Of a DNA stretch of 64,000 bases, positions 1 to 14,203 are shown piece by piece. The stretch is from the NCBI RefSeq assembly GCF_009914755.1, contig NC_060946.1; one strand, 5' to 3'. Position 1 is the first letter of the stretch. The number at the start of each line of letters is the position of its first letter. The DNA comes from the human T2T-CHM13v2.0 reference genome, Homo sapiens. The notes under the pieces are model-generated. The model was not told where the DNA came from. It was given only the letters and a program-made list of their open reading frames with translations, and did no database searches. A program made the translations under genes and the position numbers.

Positions 1-685
1 GAGTGCTACAGTCCATGGTGTTAACAGAACCATCAGTGAGCCATGTCTCTGCAGGCTGCCTCTGCATTGAGGTACTTCTGAAGCTTGCCCTGTCCTTCAA
101 AGGTCATCCTGTGAATGATGGATGCTGGTCGTGGAGAAAGATTTGACTGAAAAGTTAAATGTGTCCTATCCTCCAGTCGTTTTTTTCCAGCCCTTGTTCT
201 GTCTTTGTTATGGAGAGGTGCAGTTGTATGACTATTCCATCCTTAGGAATATGGTTACAGGGCTCAGCTTCCTTATGTCTAATATGAGGATGCACGTTTG
301 TTCTGCACAGGAAGCACTTTGTTTTCTGCTTGACTTGTGGTACTTCTCCCTGTGTGGAGGGTATGACTGAATAACAGGTGAGCTGTCTAGAAACCACTCA
401 TGTACTCACTTGTCTCTTCCTTCATGGGATTTGGTACCAGATATAGTGGTACAAAGATAAATAGGACAGGATTGCTGCCTTTGGGAAGTTTACAAGGCTA
501 TTAAGAGGGACAGACCCAGAGGCAGGGTGATTTCCACTGAAGAGGTGAGGGCATGTAGAGGGGACATTTAGAAAGAACCATCTCTTGCTGTGCCAAATCA
601 GTGTAAGATTTTTAGTTTTAAAAAGATGTTTTATTTGTATATCTTAGGAAAAATTCTTGCAGGTACTCGATATTTAAAAACTCAA

Positions 686-1180
686 GGCCAGGTACGGTGG
701 CTCATACCTATAACAGCACTTTGGGAGGCCGAGACAGGTGGATCGCTTGAGGCCAGGAGTTTGAAACCAGCCTGGCTAACATGGTGAAACCCTGTTTCTA
801 CTAAAAATACAAAAATTAGCCAGACGTGGTGGAGCATGCCTGTAATGCCAGTTACTCAGGAGGCTGAGACATGAGAATCACTTGAACCCAGGAGTTGGAG
901 GTTGCAGTGAGCCTCAAGCCAAGGCCTTAAGCCGAGGCGCTTGAGCTCAAGGGTTCAAGACCAACCTGGACAACATAGTGAAACCCCGTCTCTACAAAAA
1001 AACAATTAAAAATTTAGCCAGGCATGGTGCCATGCATTTGCAGTCCCAGCTACTGAGGAAGCTGAGATGGGAAGATTGCCTGAGCCCAGGAGGCTGAGGC
1101 TGCAGTGAGCTGAGGTGAGATTGTGCCACTGCACTCCAGCCTGGGCAACAGAGTGAGACCCTGTCTTAAAAAAAAAAAAA
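686..1180 (+). mobile_element. Composite Alu: 3'-truncated AluS-like (686-913) fused via a short linker to a 5'-truncated AluJ-like copy
   Basis: Alu consensus motifs, three arm-equivalents, single poly-A tail at 1168-1180. Confidence 0.85.
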
Positions 1181-1889
1181 TGGTAGTTGCTAGTAAAGGG
1201 GATTATACAGTACATGTTCAAAGCCCCCACAGTCTTCCCAATGTGTCCATTATTCTGGCTTCTTCTTAATTTTGCTACTGGAAATTTTGGAGTAGCTGAG
1301 GAAGAGTGGTAATGATGGAGTGGAAATAGAAGGCAGTGGGCAGAAGGGGTGCTGGTCTCATGGACCTAATGTATGTGATGAGTCTATATGAGAATCATTT
1401 TTTAGGTTTTCCTTGATGAAATGTTGTGTAGACAGTAAAACTGTATACCTACAAGTATGCCTCAGTTCAGTATGTGTCTGTGCCCAGGAGACACATTGAA
1501 AAGCAGTGCCCAGCTTAAAACTTGGGTTCTGCTGCCCACCAGCTGGGCAGCCTGAGGCAAATCACCTAACGTGGCAAGCCTGAGGTACCTCCCTATAAAA
1601 TGGGAGCTGGTCTTTGTGAGTTTTTGATTAGCATGTAATACTTGGGCATTGAATAGCTTTTTGCTGGTACTTTTATTAGAGAATTGGAAATTTTGTTTTC
1701 TGCTTTATGGAGTGATGTTGATGATGCATAAGTGATGGCCCAACAGCCTGAGCAAATACAATTTATTCTATGGCCATCAGCAAACCTGTTCGGAGCTCTT
1801 GCAGGGCATCAGTTGTGGCTCTTAGCTGAAGCATAATAGCTCACAGCTGTGCATGTCCAGGGGCAGGCAGGAGACTCTTTGCTGTCACT

Positions 1890-2080
1890 TTTTGCTGTGC
1901 TAGAAAGAGTACTGGGCTTTGAGTCCTATTTTTGTCTCTTTTTAGCATTATGACTTTGGGCAGGTCAGCTAGTCTCCCTAAGCCTTGGTTTCCTAATCTG
2001 GAAAATGGGGATGATAATGCCTATTTTGTAAGGCTGCATTAAATTCAAGTGAGATAATGTGAATGTGCTTTGTAAATGTC
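1890..2080 (+). mobile_element. MIR fragment
   Basis: MIR core-like tgactttgggcag...tttcctaatctggaaaatggggatgataat. Confidence 0.6.
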
Positions 2081-3584
2081 TAGGATGGACTGGAGATTTG
2101 GAGAGGTGCCAAGTGCTGCTGTTTTTAGATTATGTTAAAGCCAGCACAGGTGCCCTTTTAGTGGGGAGAGTTGACTTGAGTTTTAACATAGAACAATTTT
2201 GAAAATAATTAGGAAGCCTGAAATTTGTATTTGTTCTCCTACACTGTGGACTGTTTTCAGGGTGTTTGGGTTCTGCTGATCATGGTACTCAGGGAGCTGT
2301 TGCTTCAGGGAATCCAGGTGCCTTCTTTATGGAGGAGGTGGGAGGGATTGGGCTGGGGCAGGGACTCAGACAGCATATGGGGCCAGACACCCCACTCTGG
2401 GGTTCCTCACTGTTTTTTTTCTCCAACTTGCCTAGTTATTTAGTCATTCATCTGTCCTGAGAGGCCATCTCCTGTCAGCTCTGCGATTGGACTTGCACCT
2501 ACCATAGTCCTGGAGACAAAGAAGCATATGCCCCAGAGGAAGGCACAGGCACACCTGGCACCATTCTGGTAGTGGTTGGATGCGTTCCTTTGAGACATTA
2601 CTTAGGAAGCAGATGAGCTTTCTTCCTTGTGGAATAGGTTGGCCTTGGCATGATGGCTGTATTGATGTTCTCCCACCCATGCACATGGACCCTGCCACCG
2701 CCACACAGAGACCTGATCCTTCAGCCATTAATGGGCCCCTCCCTTGTTTTTCCCTAGGAGGATCCAGTTGGCATCTAGGAAGACTTGCCATGACTTAGAG
2801 CTAGCACGTGTCCTGCAGAAAGTGGGTTGAGAGGCCTGTGTCTTGGCATAAGTGCCACTCTCTGATTTTTCTCCTGCCTCTGTGGGGTGGCAGGGGGCAG
2901 GAGAAAAGTCAGTGTGGGTGTGACATGGGGAATCCCAGCTAAGTCTGCTGGTCTCTGGTCAGAGGAGCTCCACGCTAGTCAAGCTATTGTCGCCATTTTA
3001 TATACAAGGACACCAAGGGTTGTAAAGGATCAGGGAGTCAAGTATCTGAGACACAACTCAGCCACACTCTAAAATCTTCCTATTCCAAATCCAGTGTCCT
3101 TTCCATTTTTCCTTCTTACAACCCCAGGTCTAGGTAGGACAGCTGATTTTTACAGTAAGATAGTGGTGAAAAAAAATCGACCAATGGGTAGTTCCTGAGT
3201 GACTGCTCTGTAAGTGAAGGCAGCAGTTCAGACGGAGGCTATGTGATGCTCAGTGGGATTAGAGGTGTTTTCGGATTCAGTGCACAGAGCCCAGTGGGTG
3301 AGCAGCAGAGAGTGGCTGTGAAGTGGGGGTTTGAGAGGCTCTCCCACTTCTTCTAATCTCCAGTGGGCTCCATAGCTGGCCCCTGGGGCTATAAGTTCTG
3401 CTTACTGGGAGTCATCAGGGTGTGGCTTGAGCTGCAGGTCTGGCCATGGGCTGTCGGCCTGCCTTGAGGATGACCAGAGCCTATCTGAGACTTTATTTGG
3501 AGTAATGTCTTTGTATTTTGAAAACAAGTTCAACTTTGTTCCTAATTGGAAACTATTCTATTGATTGTTTACTTCTGGATATTT

Positions 3585-4290
3585 AAAGAAATGGTAAAAT
3601 ATGGAAACAAAATTTACCATTTTACCCACTTTTTAAGTGTACAGCTCAGTGGCATTATGTACATTCACATTGTTGTGTTACCATCACCACCATCCATCTC
3701 CAAAACTCTCTTCATCTTGAAAAGTTGAAATGCTATACCCATTAAACAGTAACTCTCTATTGCCCTCTCCCTCTCTGGCAACCACCATTCTACTTTCTGT
3801 CTGTATGAATTTTCCTATTCTATTTTCCACCTATAAGTGGAATCATATAATATTTGTTCTTTTGTGTCTGGCTTATTTTACTTAGTGTAGTTTTTAAAGT
3901 TTATTTCATGTTGTAGCATGTGCTAGAGTTTCCTGCCTTGTTAAGTTTGAATAGTATTCTGTTGTATGTATACACCACATTTTGTTCATTCATCTGTTGT
4001 TGGACACTTGGGTTGCTTCTTACCTTTTGGCTATTGTGATAATGCTGCTATGAACATGAGTGTACAAGTGTCTGTTCAAGTCCCTGCTTTCATTTATTTT
4101 GTGTATATAGCCAGATGTGGAATTTCTGGGTCATGTAGTAATTCTGTACTTAATTTTCTGAGGAACTGCCATACCTTTTTCCATAGTAGCTGCACCATTT
4201 TACATTCTCACCAGGAATGTACAAAGACTCCAGTTTCTCCAGGTCCTCATCAATACTTGTTATTTTCTGGCTTTATTTTGCTTTGATAAC
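3585..4290 (-). mobile_element. Old L1 (L1MB-like) 3' end
   Basis: Motifs such as aagtgtacagctcagtggcatt, ggacacttgggttgcttc, gctatgaacat, aggaactgccat. Confidence 0.8.
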
Positions 4291-4394
4291 AGCCTAGATG
4301 GAGGGTTTTAATGCTATAGTTTCTACTTTTTTTCATATTGTATAGTGGTCCCAGTGTCCATTTTGGCATAGCTTATGATAAAGTTGCAGTTTCT

Positions 4395-4783
<389 letters not shown>

Positions 4784-4934
4784 CTATCAGTCTAGGAAAG
4801 GTTTGAGTCTTCTTTGTCTGTGAGAAAGTACTTCCTTCCTTGCATGAACCCTTAAGAGAACTCAGAGCCTATTGTGAAAGCCTGTGCTAGAAGTCATTGC
4901 TGTAAGCACTGGTGACAGTGGCAGTCATTTTAAA

Positions 4935-5071
4935 TTTATTTTATTATTATTTTTAATAGAGACAGGGTCTCACCTTATTGCCCAGGCTGGTCTCAAACTC
5001 CTGGGCTCAAGCAGTCCTTCCGCCTCAGCCTCCACAAGTGCTGGGATTACATGAGCCACTGTGTCCAGCCC
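4935..5071 (-). mobile_element. FLAM/AluJ left monomer
   Basis: Antisense monomer with T-rich tail. Confidence 0.8.
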
Positions 5072-5354
5072 CTAGCAGTTATTTTAATTGATAAAAGTGG
5101 AGCACATGTTCAATCTGTCTGTTTGAGGCTTATCCCACTGCCTGCTGGGCCCTTCCAGCCCCTTCTGCCAGCCTCTCAGCTAGGACTTTTAATGGGTCCT
5201 CCTCCTGCCCTCCCTGACGTATTTGGTAGTGTCCATATCCCCATCCCAGTTCCTCGGGCCAGCCTCCCAGGTGTCAGGTCCTGTGAGTCTACCTCCTAGT
5301 GGGATTCCCCTTCATCCCTGCTGTCACGGGTCCATCTGGGATCCTGGCATCTTT

Positions 5355-6380
5355 TTAAAAATAAGAGCTTTGTAATTTACATGCCATGTAGTTTCCCCTA
5401 AAGTGTACAAATTCAGTGGTTTTTAGTATATTAACAGAGTTGTGTAACCACCACCACAATCAGTTTTAGAACATTTTTGTCATCCCAGAAAGAAACCCTA
5501 AACCCCTTGGTAGTTGCTCCCCAGTTGTCCTTCTCTCCAAGCCCACTAAACCAGCGGTTCCCATCCATTTGGCACCAGGGACTGGTTTCTTGGAAGACAA
5601 TTTTTCCACGGACCAGAGGCAGAGGGCAGGGATAATTTCTGGATGAAACTTTCACTTCACATCATCAGGCATTAGTTAGATTCTCATAAGGAATGCACAA
5701 CCGAGATCCCTCGCATGCACAGTTCACAATAGGGTTTGTGCTCCTATGAGAATCTAATGCTGCTGCTAATCCGACAGGAGGCAGAGTTCAGGCAGTAATG
5801 CTTGCTCACCTGCCGCTCATCTCCTGTTCTGTGACCCAGTTCCTAACAGCCCATGGACCAGTACTGGTCTGTGGCCTGGGGGCTGGGGACCCCTGCACTA
5901 AACTATTTTCTATCTCTATAGATTTGCATATTCTGGACATTTCATATAATTGGAGCCAGAAGATACATGCTATTTTGTATATGACTTCTTTCATTTAGCA
6001 TAATGTTTTCAAGGTTCTTCTGTGTTGTAGCATGTATCAGAAATTTATTCCTTTTTATGATTGAATAATAAATACCCCTTTATATGGACATACTTCATTT
6101 TATTTATCCATTCATCAGTTGGTGGACATTTAGGTTATTTCCACCTTTTAGCTTTTAGAAATAATGCCTCTGTGAACATTCATGAACAAGTTTTGGCGTG
6201 GACATGTTTTCATTTCTTTTGGGTAGATACACATAGGAGTGGAATTCCCTGGTCATATGCTAGCTCTGTTTAACATTTTGAGGAACTAGCAGACTGTTTT
6301 CCGCAAGGGTTGCACCAGTTTACATTCCCAGCAACAATGCATGAGATTCTAAATCTCCACATCTTTGCCAATCCTGTCAT
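5355..6380 (-). mobile_element. Old L1M 3' end interrupted by MER1B
   Basis: L1MB/MC-type motifs continue across the insertion. Confidence 0.75.
5552..5895. mobile_element. MER1B (hAT-Charlie non-autonomous DNA transposon)
   Basis: TIRs cagcggttccc / ggggacccctg; perfect 8-bp TSD CACTAAAC at 5544-5551 and 5896-5903. Confidence 0.9.
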
Positions 6381-7054
6381 CTTTTGCAGCCTTCAGACTA
6401 GTCTGCCTATCTCTAATTATTTTTCTATTATCTTTCTAAAACATAGGCAAAACATTTTGTTCTCCCTAAAACACCCATTGATTCCCTGTTGCCTACAGGT
6501 AAAGTTCATGGCCTCTGTGTTGTCACTTGGCCCTCAACTACCTTTCCATCCTCCATTCACATCCCTGCTCTAAGGCCTTGTCTTCTAGTTTTCCCATCAC
6601 ACCTCGCTCTCCCTGCCTCTTTGCTTCACTGTCTTCCACTGCAGTGTATTCCATTCTTCAAGGCTTGATGCAGTAACTTACTCCTTTGCCTTCCTTAATC
6701 GCTTTGAATTGTTCTTTGCTGCCTTTAGATGTTGCCTGTGTTTCTTTTCGTATCATTCAGGTTTTGAAAAAAATAATAGGCTTGTTACCTCTGCTAGCAG
6801 TGATCCCTGGGGGCAAGGATTGTTCTCACTCTTTTGTGTGCCTGGCACCTGATGCATTGCCAGGAAATGATGAATGCTATCGTAAGGGACCAAGGAGCTC
6901 CTTGTGTGTTAGACCACACCGCTGTCCCAAGGCAGCTCTTCACTGGCCTGTCTGCATAGAGCTCAGGGAAGGACTGGTTCCTGGTGGACCTTGGCACTGT
7001 GACCTTCCTGGCTCTTCATAGGCCTTGTCTCAGTTTGTCCTATTTCCTTTCTAG

Positions 7055-7128
7055 GAGAGTTGTGGACTGGGGCAACCTTTGCCAGTGATGAGAAGTGATG
7101 CTCGTGGCAGTGCTGAATCTCTCTGAAT
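7055..7128 (+). other. CABIN1: 5' UTR portion of exon 2
   Basis: Acceptor tatttcctttctag|G at 7054/7055; 74 nt precede the ATG. Confidence 0.85.
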
Positions 7129-7131
7129 ATG
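7129..7131 (+). CDS. CABIN1: Exon 2 coding part: start codon only (c.1-3)
   Basis: ATG|gtaagg donor; joins in frame to exon 3 ATT CGA ATT. Confidence 0.92.
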
Positions 7132-7699
7132 GTAAGGACTGATGCCTGCCTATTTTGCGGACCTCAGTGTTCTTTTGTTACGTTACTCCTGGGGGCGAGG
7201 GGCATTTTCCTGTTAGATTCTGAAGGCTCTTATTATGGAGTAGCCTTCCTCCCAGGAAGGCTGTTGGCACCTTTGAGGGTGTGAGATTGCTTGCCTGGTG
7301 GTTGAAGCGGCTTGCAGGACCTTGTCACAGTTGCTGGAAAGACATAAAGTTAACATGTTTTGTTGAAATCTGTTGTTCCATTACCTGGGTCTTCTACTGT
7401 GTTGAGCTGTTGCTGGGGTGTCCCCAGTGTCTGTTGCTTTTGCAGTGGACAGTACCCAGGACATACTTTCTGCACAGATTGGCATAACCCTCCCCCCTCG
7501 GCCCCCCACCCCCCGCCCTTCTTTTTTTTTTTCTTTAGAGGATGATTTTTTTGTTCATTCCCCACATCTGAGAAGGTCATAGCTTTTCAAGGTAGAATAG
7601 ATCATATGCTGGAGCAGAATTGTATTCATCTGTGGGTATTTGAAGAGATGAGTGACATCTCAAAGCAACTTGTCTCTTCCACCAAACCCCTGTTTCTAG

Positions 7700-7792
7700 A
7701 TTCGAATTGCAGCCTTAAATGCCAGCTCCACCATTGAGGATGATCATGAAGGAAGCTTTAAAAGTCACAAAACCCAGACAAAGGAGGCTCAG
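7700..7792 (+). CDS. CABIN1: Exon 3 (c.4-96) [10 protein letters not shown]...TKEAQ
   Basis: tgtttctag|ATT ... CAG|gtacgt; 93 nt, phase 0-0. Confidence 0.95.
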
Positions 7793-8554
7793 GTACGTAA
7801 TGCGAGGTCTTCTCTGTAGGTGGACCTTCTCATTTCTATAGAGGGAACCTCATTTTAAATACATTTAGGCATCTCCTCAGTGGGGCTTTAGGGGGAAATT
7901 CCATTTTGAAAGATGGCTAGCTCTCCATCTCCTGTTAAACCTGTTTTACTTAGCAGACGATCATATAGAGGAGAAATTATATTTATTCTATCAGTGTATG
8001 TGAAGGCCAGCTCAGCCCCCAGGCCTACTTCCATGCACCCCATTCTTTGTGCAGCCCTCAGGAGTTGGGATACCCAGGGAATGGTAGAATATTAATGGTA
8101 GATGGTGTTTCGAGGTTCCCTAGTGTATTGCCCTCACTTTACAGTGTGATGAGACTCTTGAGGGGAGCAGCCTAGACTGGGATCACCCTCCAGGTCAGTG
8201 AGGGAGCCAGGTCCAACCTCAACTCCCTAGATTGTTGGTCACTCCTCTTTCCCATGAGGCCTGGCATCTCTTCCATTTCAGCCTTCTTCTTTCCATCCAT
8301 TCATCTCCATACCCTTCTCCTATCCTAGTGTAATAAGAGTTTGCTCCTGCCTTTGTTTTCCCTGAAATAAACATATGCCTTCCCTTCCACCCCGCTGCAT
8401 TTTATGGTAGAAATCAGGACAGTTCCAGAGCTGTCTCAGAAGTCTACTAGTCACCTGTCCCTAGTCTGCAAGGCATGTCAGTGAGGCTCAACCTACCCAG
8501 TGCCCCCTCCCTCCCACAGGAGATTGTCATCCTCCCCAGGCAATGATCAGGCTA

Positions 8555-9207
<653 letters not shown>

Positions 9208-9220
9208 GCAATGGAAACCA

Positions 9221-9885
9221 TTCACACTGAACATTTTACTCACAACCCTTCTGATATCATATGTTTGGGGTATTTTCCCCCCATACCAATTCTCCAACTC
9301 TCCATATACCAACTGGGTGTCCTACAATTCAATTCTGACACTAGCTACACAGAGTTAGTGTCAGACTCCACAGCACTAACAGCTCATCCCACAAAACTGC
9401 CCTCACTTCAGATGCCAGTTGCAAGCGTTGAGTGCCAGGATACCTACACTTCTGTCCAGCCGGTCTGTAAAATCAGGGATTCTCACCCCCTACCCCTTTT
9501 AGATTTGATAATTTGCTAGAATGACTCACAGGACTTAGAAAAACACTTTACATTTACCAATTTATTATGAAGGATACAACTCAGGAACAGCCAAGTGGAG
9601 GAGATATTTATGGCAAGGTATGGGGTGGATTCACAGAGCTTCCGTGCCCTCTCCAGGTGCGGCACCCTCCCAGCACCTTGATGTTGTTCACCAACTTAGC
9701 AGCTTTCTGAACCCTGCCCTTTAGGGTTTTTAAACAGAGATTCCATCACATAGGCATGATTGATTAAATCATTGGTGATCAGCTCAATCTCCAGCCTCTC
9801 TTCCCTTCCTGGAAGTTGGGAGGTGGGGGAGCTGAAAGTTCCAGCTATCTAATCACATGGTTGGTTCCTCTGACTGTAGCCCCGC
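9221..9885. mobile_element. ERVL-type LTR (MER77/MER21 family)
   Basis: Family-typical tctgacact...agtgtcaga palindrome, aggatacaactcaggaacagcc, catgattgattaaatcattgg. Confidence 0.7.
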
Positions 9886-9958
9886 CTTACACACATTTTT
9901 GGCTTAAAAAAGACAGATCTTTATGCTGTATGAAAACATCTCTTGTCTTGATTTGCAG

Positions 9959-10072
9959 GAAGCAGAGGCTTTTGCATTGTACCACAAGGCCCTTGATCTG
10001 CAGAAACATGACCGGTTTGAGGAGTCTGCCAAAGCCTACCATGAGCTCTTGGAGGCGAGCCTGCTGCGGGAG
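9959..10072 (+). CDS. CABIN1: Exon 4 (c.97-210) [12 protein letters not shown]...LLRE, TPR-like
   Basis: ttgcag|GAA ... GAG|gtgagg; 114 nt; inside ORF 9923..10252. Confidence 0.96.
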
Positions 10073-12749
10073 GTGAGGCATCAGCAGGCCAGGCAGTGTG
10101 CCGTGGTGGTTAGTGCATGGGCTGTGGGGCTGGGTACTCTGGGCCTTACCTCTGCTCTCCCATTTCTTGGCTGGGGAACCTTGAAAACATTATTTCACCT
10201 CTCTGCCCCTATTTCCCCACCTCTAGGTATCTGCCTCATTGAGTTTTTATGAGGGTTGAGTAAATCCAGTGAAGCATGTAAAATGATTCCTGGTGTAAGT
10301 GCTTGTTAAAGGCCAGCTATCGTTATTACTTAATCTTCACAACCACTCTGCCCAGTAGCTGGGTTTTACAAATGTGGAAACTGAGGCTTAGTGAGGTCTT
10401 GATGGCTCAAAGCCATCCAAGTAAGTGAAGCATTCGAACCAGGTTTGGAGTCCATGGTTTGCTGATACCTAATGATCCTACTGGCAGCACATTTTAGCAA
10501 ATGCCATTTGAGTAAAAGACCATGAGCTTGGGAAGTCTGTATAGACATGCCATGCAATTTTGAATATAGTCAGAAGGACTGGGGACACTGGTTACAGTAG
10601 AGAGGGGCAGGCAGAGCAAGACCTGGTCCCAGCATGGGGACTGTGGTAGTGGTGAGTGAGTTAATCCTCGAGTTGACTGGAGATGTCGACTGGAGGTTTG
10701 GGAATTGGTCCCAACCTGAAATTGATTTAGGAAGGTGTATATTTCATTAGGAGGAAAGGCGTTTGTTTTCAAGTTTTCATGTTTGTTTTCGCCCAAACAT
10801 GCAGATGATGTGCATTAAGGAAGCAGATAAGCTCCATGGGTATTTACTGGACTGCACAGTCCTTGAGTTGAGCAGAGTCTCCTGTAGTGCTAGGCATGCA
10901 GACACTTATGACTCAAGCAAAAACCTTGATGGTTTTTGCTGCCGATGAGATAGAATACTGAGTTTTAATTGTGAGAAGAAAGCATCTGTTCCTTCTCTCA
11001 CCCACGGTTTTTCTTTGTATTCCTAATTATATAGCTTGTCAAGATTCTTTGGTTACTGGTTACAGTGCTTTGGAATTAGTGGTATGGGACTTGTGACCTC
11101 CTCCTCTCCTGTTAGTAGGAAGTGGGTGAGGACCCAGAGAGGGAAAATTAGTTTATTCCATGTTTACTGAGCTTTGGTTATGGACCAGTTGGTGGGCATG
11201 TTGGTCTTCCCTCTCAGGACGTGGTGGAATGCCAGGTGGGCCCAGCATCCAACAGTTGCTAGGCAGAAACCTTTTACCTAAGGGCACGGTCATGTGTCAG
11301 CCTTTTAGTTGTAGGTGTGTGCATCTTTCTGTGCACAGTGTATCACTTTCAGCCTTAAAAGGTTGTTTCAGCCTTAAAAGGGACAACATGCTCATTGTAA
11401 ACAATGGAGAAGTACAGAAAATACATAGAACAGTTTCTTTTTACACTCATATTGCATTGGCATACTTAATGTTAATTACATAATTACAGTTTTGCAGAAG
11501 ATTGGCATAGATAGGCCCTGGACCCCAGCTGACTCCTAAGAAGCATTCACCCTGACTGGTGGGTGTCCTAGAGGGACTTGCTCGGGCAAGCCTTTCAGGG
11601 TGGATGGAGAGTGGTGCTGAATGTAGGTAGTCTGTTAGGTGGAGGTTAGTTAAAAGCATCCACTGTTATGTGCATGTCCATGTGTATTGCTGATTGTTTA
11701 GTTCGAAGTAGACTCACTTAGTCTCTGTAAATTTGTTCCCACTATTCTTTGAAGAGTTCTGTACCTGGAGGGACAGAGGTAGCTGGGATCCAGCCCTGGT
11801 CAGCTGGTTCTTGGGGGCCTTTTTGTATGATAAGTCAGATGACGGTAGAAGATAACTGAATGGGGCTTCATTTGAGCTTCTCAGTCTTAAAGAAGTTCCT
11901 TAAGACCTCCAAGGTAGGTAGATTCTTGGATTAGTCAAGGGATGCTTCCTGAGGGTGGCATGTCTTCAGATCTTACCTGTTCAGAACATGAAGAGCAATG
12001 TGTGGAAGCCACCTGCCCCAGGAAAGAGCTTCTTGGTGCCCGTGAGTTTTTCTGTTAGAAAATGTTTTAGTCTTTGTCCTGTGGTTGGAGCAATAGTTTT
12101 CTAATCAGCAGTTTCTTAGAATATAAGGTCATTAAAGCTGTAATGAAATAACTTTTCATATTAAGCATATTTGCAATTCTGATGGTCTTTCAGCTCACTT
12201 TAACTTTTGCTATTTAGGGTAGGAATTATTTTTCTTAATTACAGAGGTCAGACACTAACGTTTTAGTTAAATTAGCAATTGTCTATGCTCATGTGATGAG
12301 TTATAGAGTTGGGAGCTCAGTCTCTTGATTCCTAATCCTGGAGTGCCTGCAGTGAAGCTCTAGGCCTTCTGCCCCCAGGCAGCCTGCTGATACTTTGTCT
12401 TTTATCTTATACCTGGAGCTGCTGACTGGGTCTACCTATGCTGTAAATGTTATTCGCTAGGCTTGAACCCTCAGGCATGGCAGTAGTGGTGGGGCAGTTT
12501 CTCTCTGTTGGATGCCCAGACTCTCTGCAAACTATTAATACCTCAGGGTGGTCTGTTCTTCTCTGTGCGCTTGGAGTAGGAGTGGTCTTATAAGAACACA
12601 TGGTGCAGTGCCTTCATTTTCCAGTGGTGGACAACACTAGACTGGCTCAAGGGCCTGCAGCAGAGGCCAGCCTGGAAGCCAAGTATCCTGCTGGCTGCTT
12701 GCTGAGGCTTCAAGGTCTAGTTGTCACTTCTGTTCTGTTTTGTTCACAG

Positions 12750-12884
12750 GCAGTTTCATCCGGTGATGAGAAAGAGGGGTTGAAACACCCTGGGCTGATA
12801 CTGAAATATTCCACTTATAAGAACTTGGCCCAGCTGGCAGCCCAGCGGGAGGATCTGGAGACAGCCATGGAGTTCTACTTAGAG
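12750..12884 (+). CDS. CABIN1: Exon 5 (c.211-345) AVSSGDEKE...EFYLE, TPR-like
   Basis: ttcacag|GCA ... GAG|gtgtgg; 135 nt. Confidence 0.96.
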
Positions 12885-13571
12885 GTGTGGTTTTGGCAGT
12901 GCTTAGCTACCTTGGTGTTTTGAAAGCTCTTGGTGGAGGGGATGAGGTTGCGGTCTTGTGGGCCAAAAAGAAGAGTTTGTAGTGGTGGATCACCAAGCTA
13001 TAGTACCCAAGGCTCTAGGGTAGGTCCATAGGTGATAACAATTAGTACTGACCAGGCCTGGAGAGCAGGGGCTGGGGCAGAGCACATGCTTGGATGCAGA
13101 GGCCTGCATGTGAATTCTTCCTTTGCTGCTCAGTGCACGTGTGGCTGTGAGTGAGTTATTCAGTCTCTTGGTATCTCTAGGTCTACACCAATATAGTGGT
13201 AATAATAAAGAAGAGCATAGTTGTGAAAGTTAAATGAGTTGGTATGCATAATAGTATCAAAAACAAAGTCTGAAACTGAGCATTCAATATATTAATACTT
13301 ACAGTCATAATAGTATTGCTGTTATTTCATGTTACTATCAGTCTGTCTCTGGGCACCTCTAAAGCACCAGACACTGCGCTGTTTGCTTCCTACGCATACA
13401 CTAATCCTCATGCCATCTTGCAAGGAAGGAGTCTTTATCCTCACTTTAGTGATGAGGAAATGGAGGCTCAGGATCATTCTGCTAATCAGTGTTGCAGCAG
13501 GGATGTGAACCAAGGTTTGTCTTCAAAGTACATGAGTTTTCTTGAATCCCATAAGACTCTCATTTTTTCAA

Positions 13572-13896
<325 letters not shown>

Positions 13897-13947
13897 TAAA
13901 TATGTAAGGAATACAGATATTCAGATTGACAAAATATATCAAGACAA

Positions 13948-14203
13948 TGGGGAAACTGAGGCAGGAGGATCACTTGAGGCTAGGAGTTTGAGACAAGCCT
14001 GGATAACATACTAAGACCGTGTCTCTACAAAAAAATTGAAAATTAGCTAGGTGTGGTGATGTGCCTCTGTAGCCTCAGCTACTCATGGAGCTGAGGTGAG
14101 AGGATTGCTTGAGCCCAGAAGTTTGAGGATGCAGTGAGCTATGATCACACCACTGCACTCTTGCCTGGGCAGTAGAGTGAGACCCAGTCTCAAAAAAGAA
14201 AAA
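13948..14203 (+). mobile_element. AluJ-like, 5' truncated
   Basis: Sense Alu motifs with A tail. Confidence 0.85.

Noticed and set aside
9334-9365. 13-bp stem-loop
   Set aside because: Appears to be an intrinsic feature of the MER21/MER77 LTR family, not a new RNA
11347-11381. Short tandem duplications (also 23837-23874, 45471-45490, about 49005-49033, 59827-59861)
   Set aside because: Ordinary slippage-type micro-duplications with no shared motif or spacing
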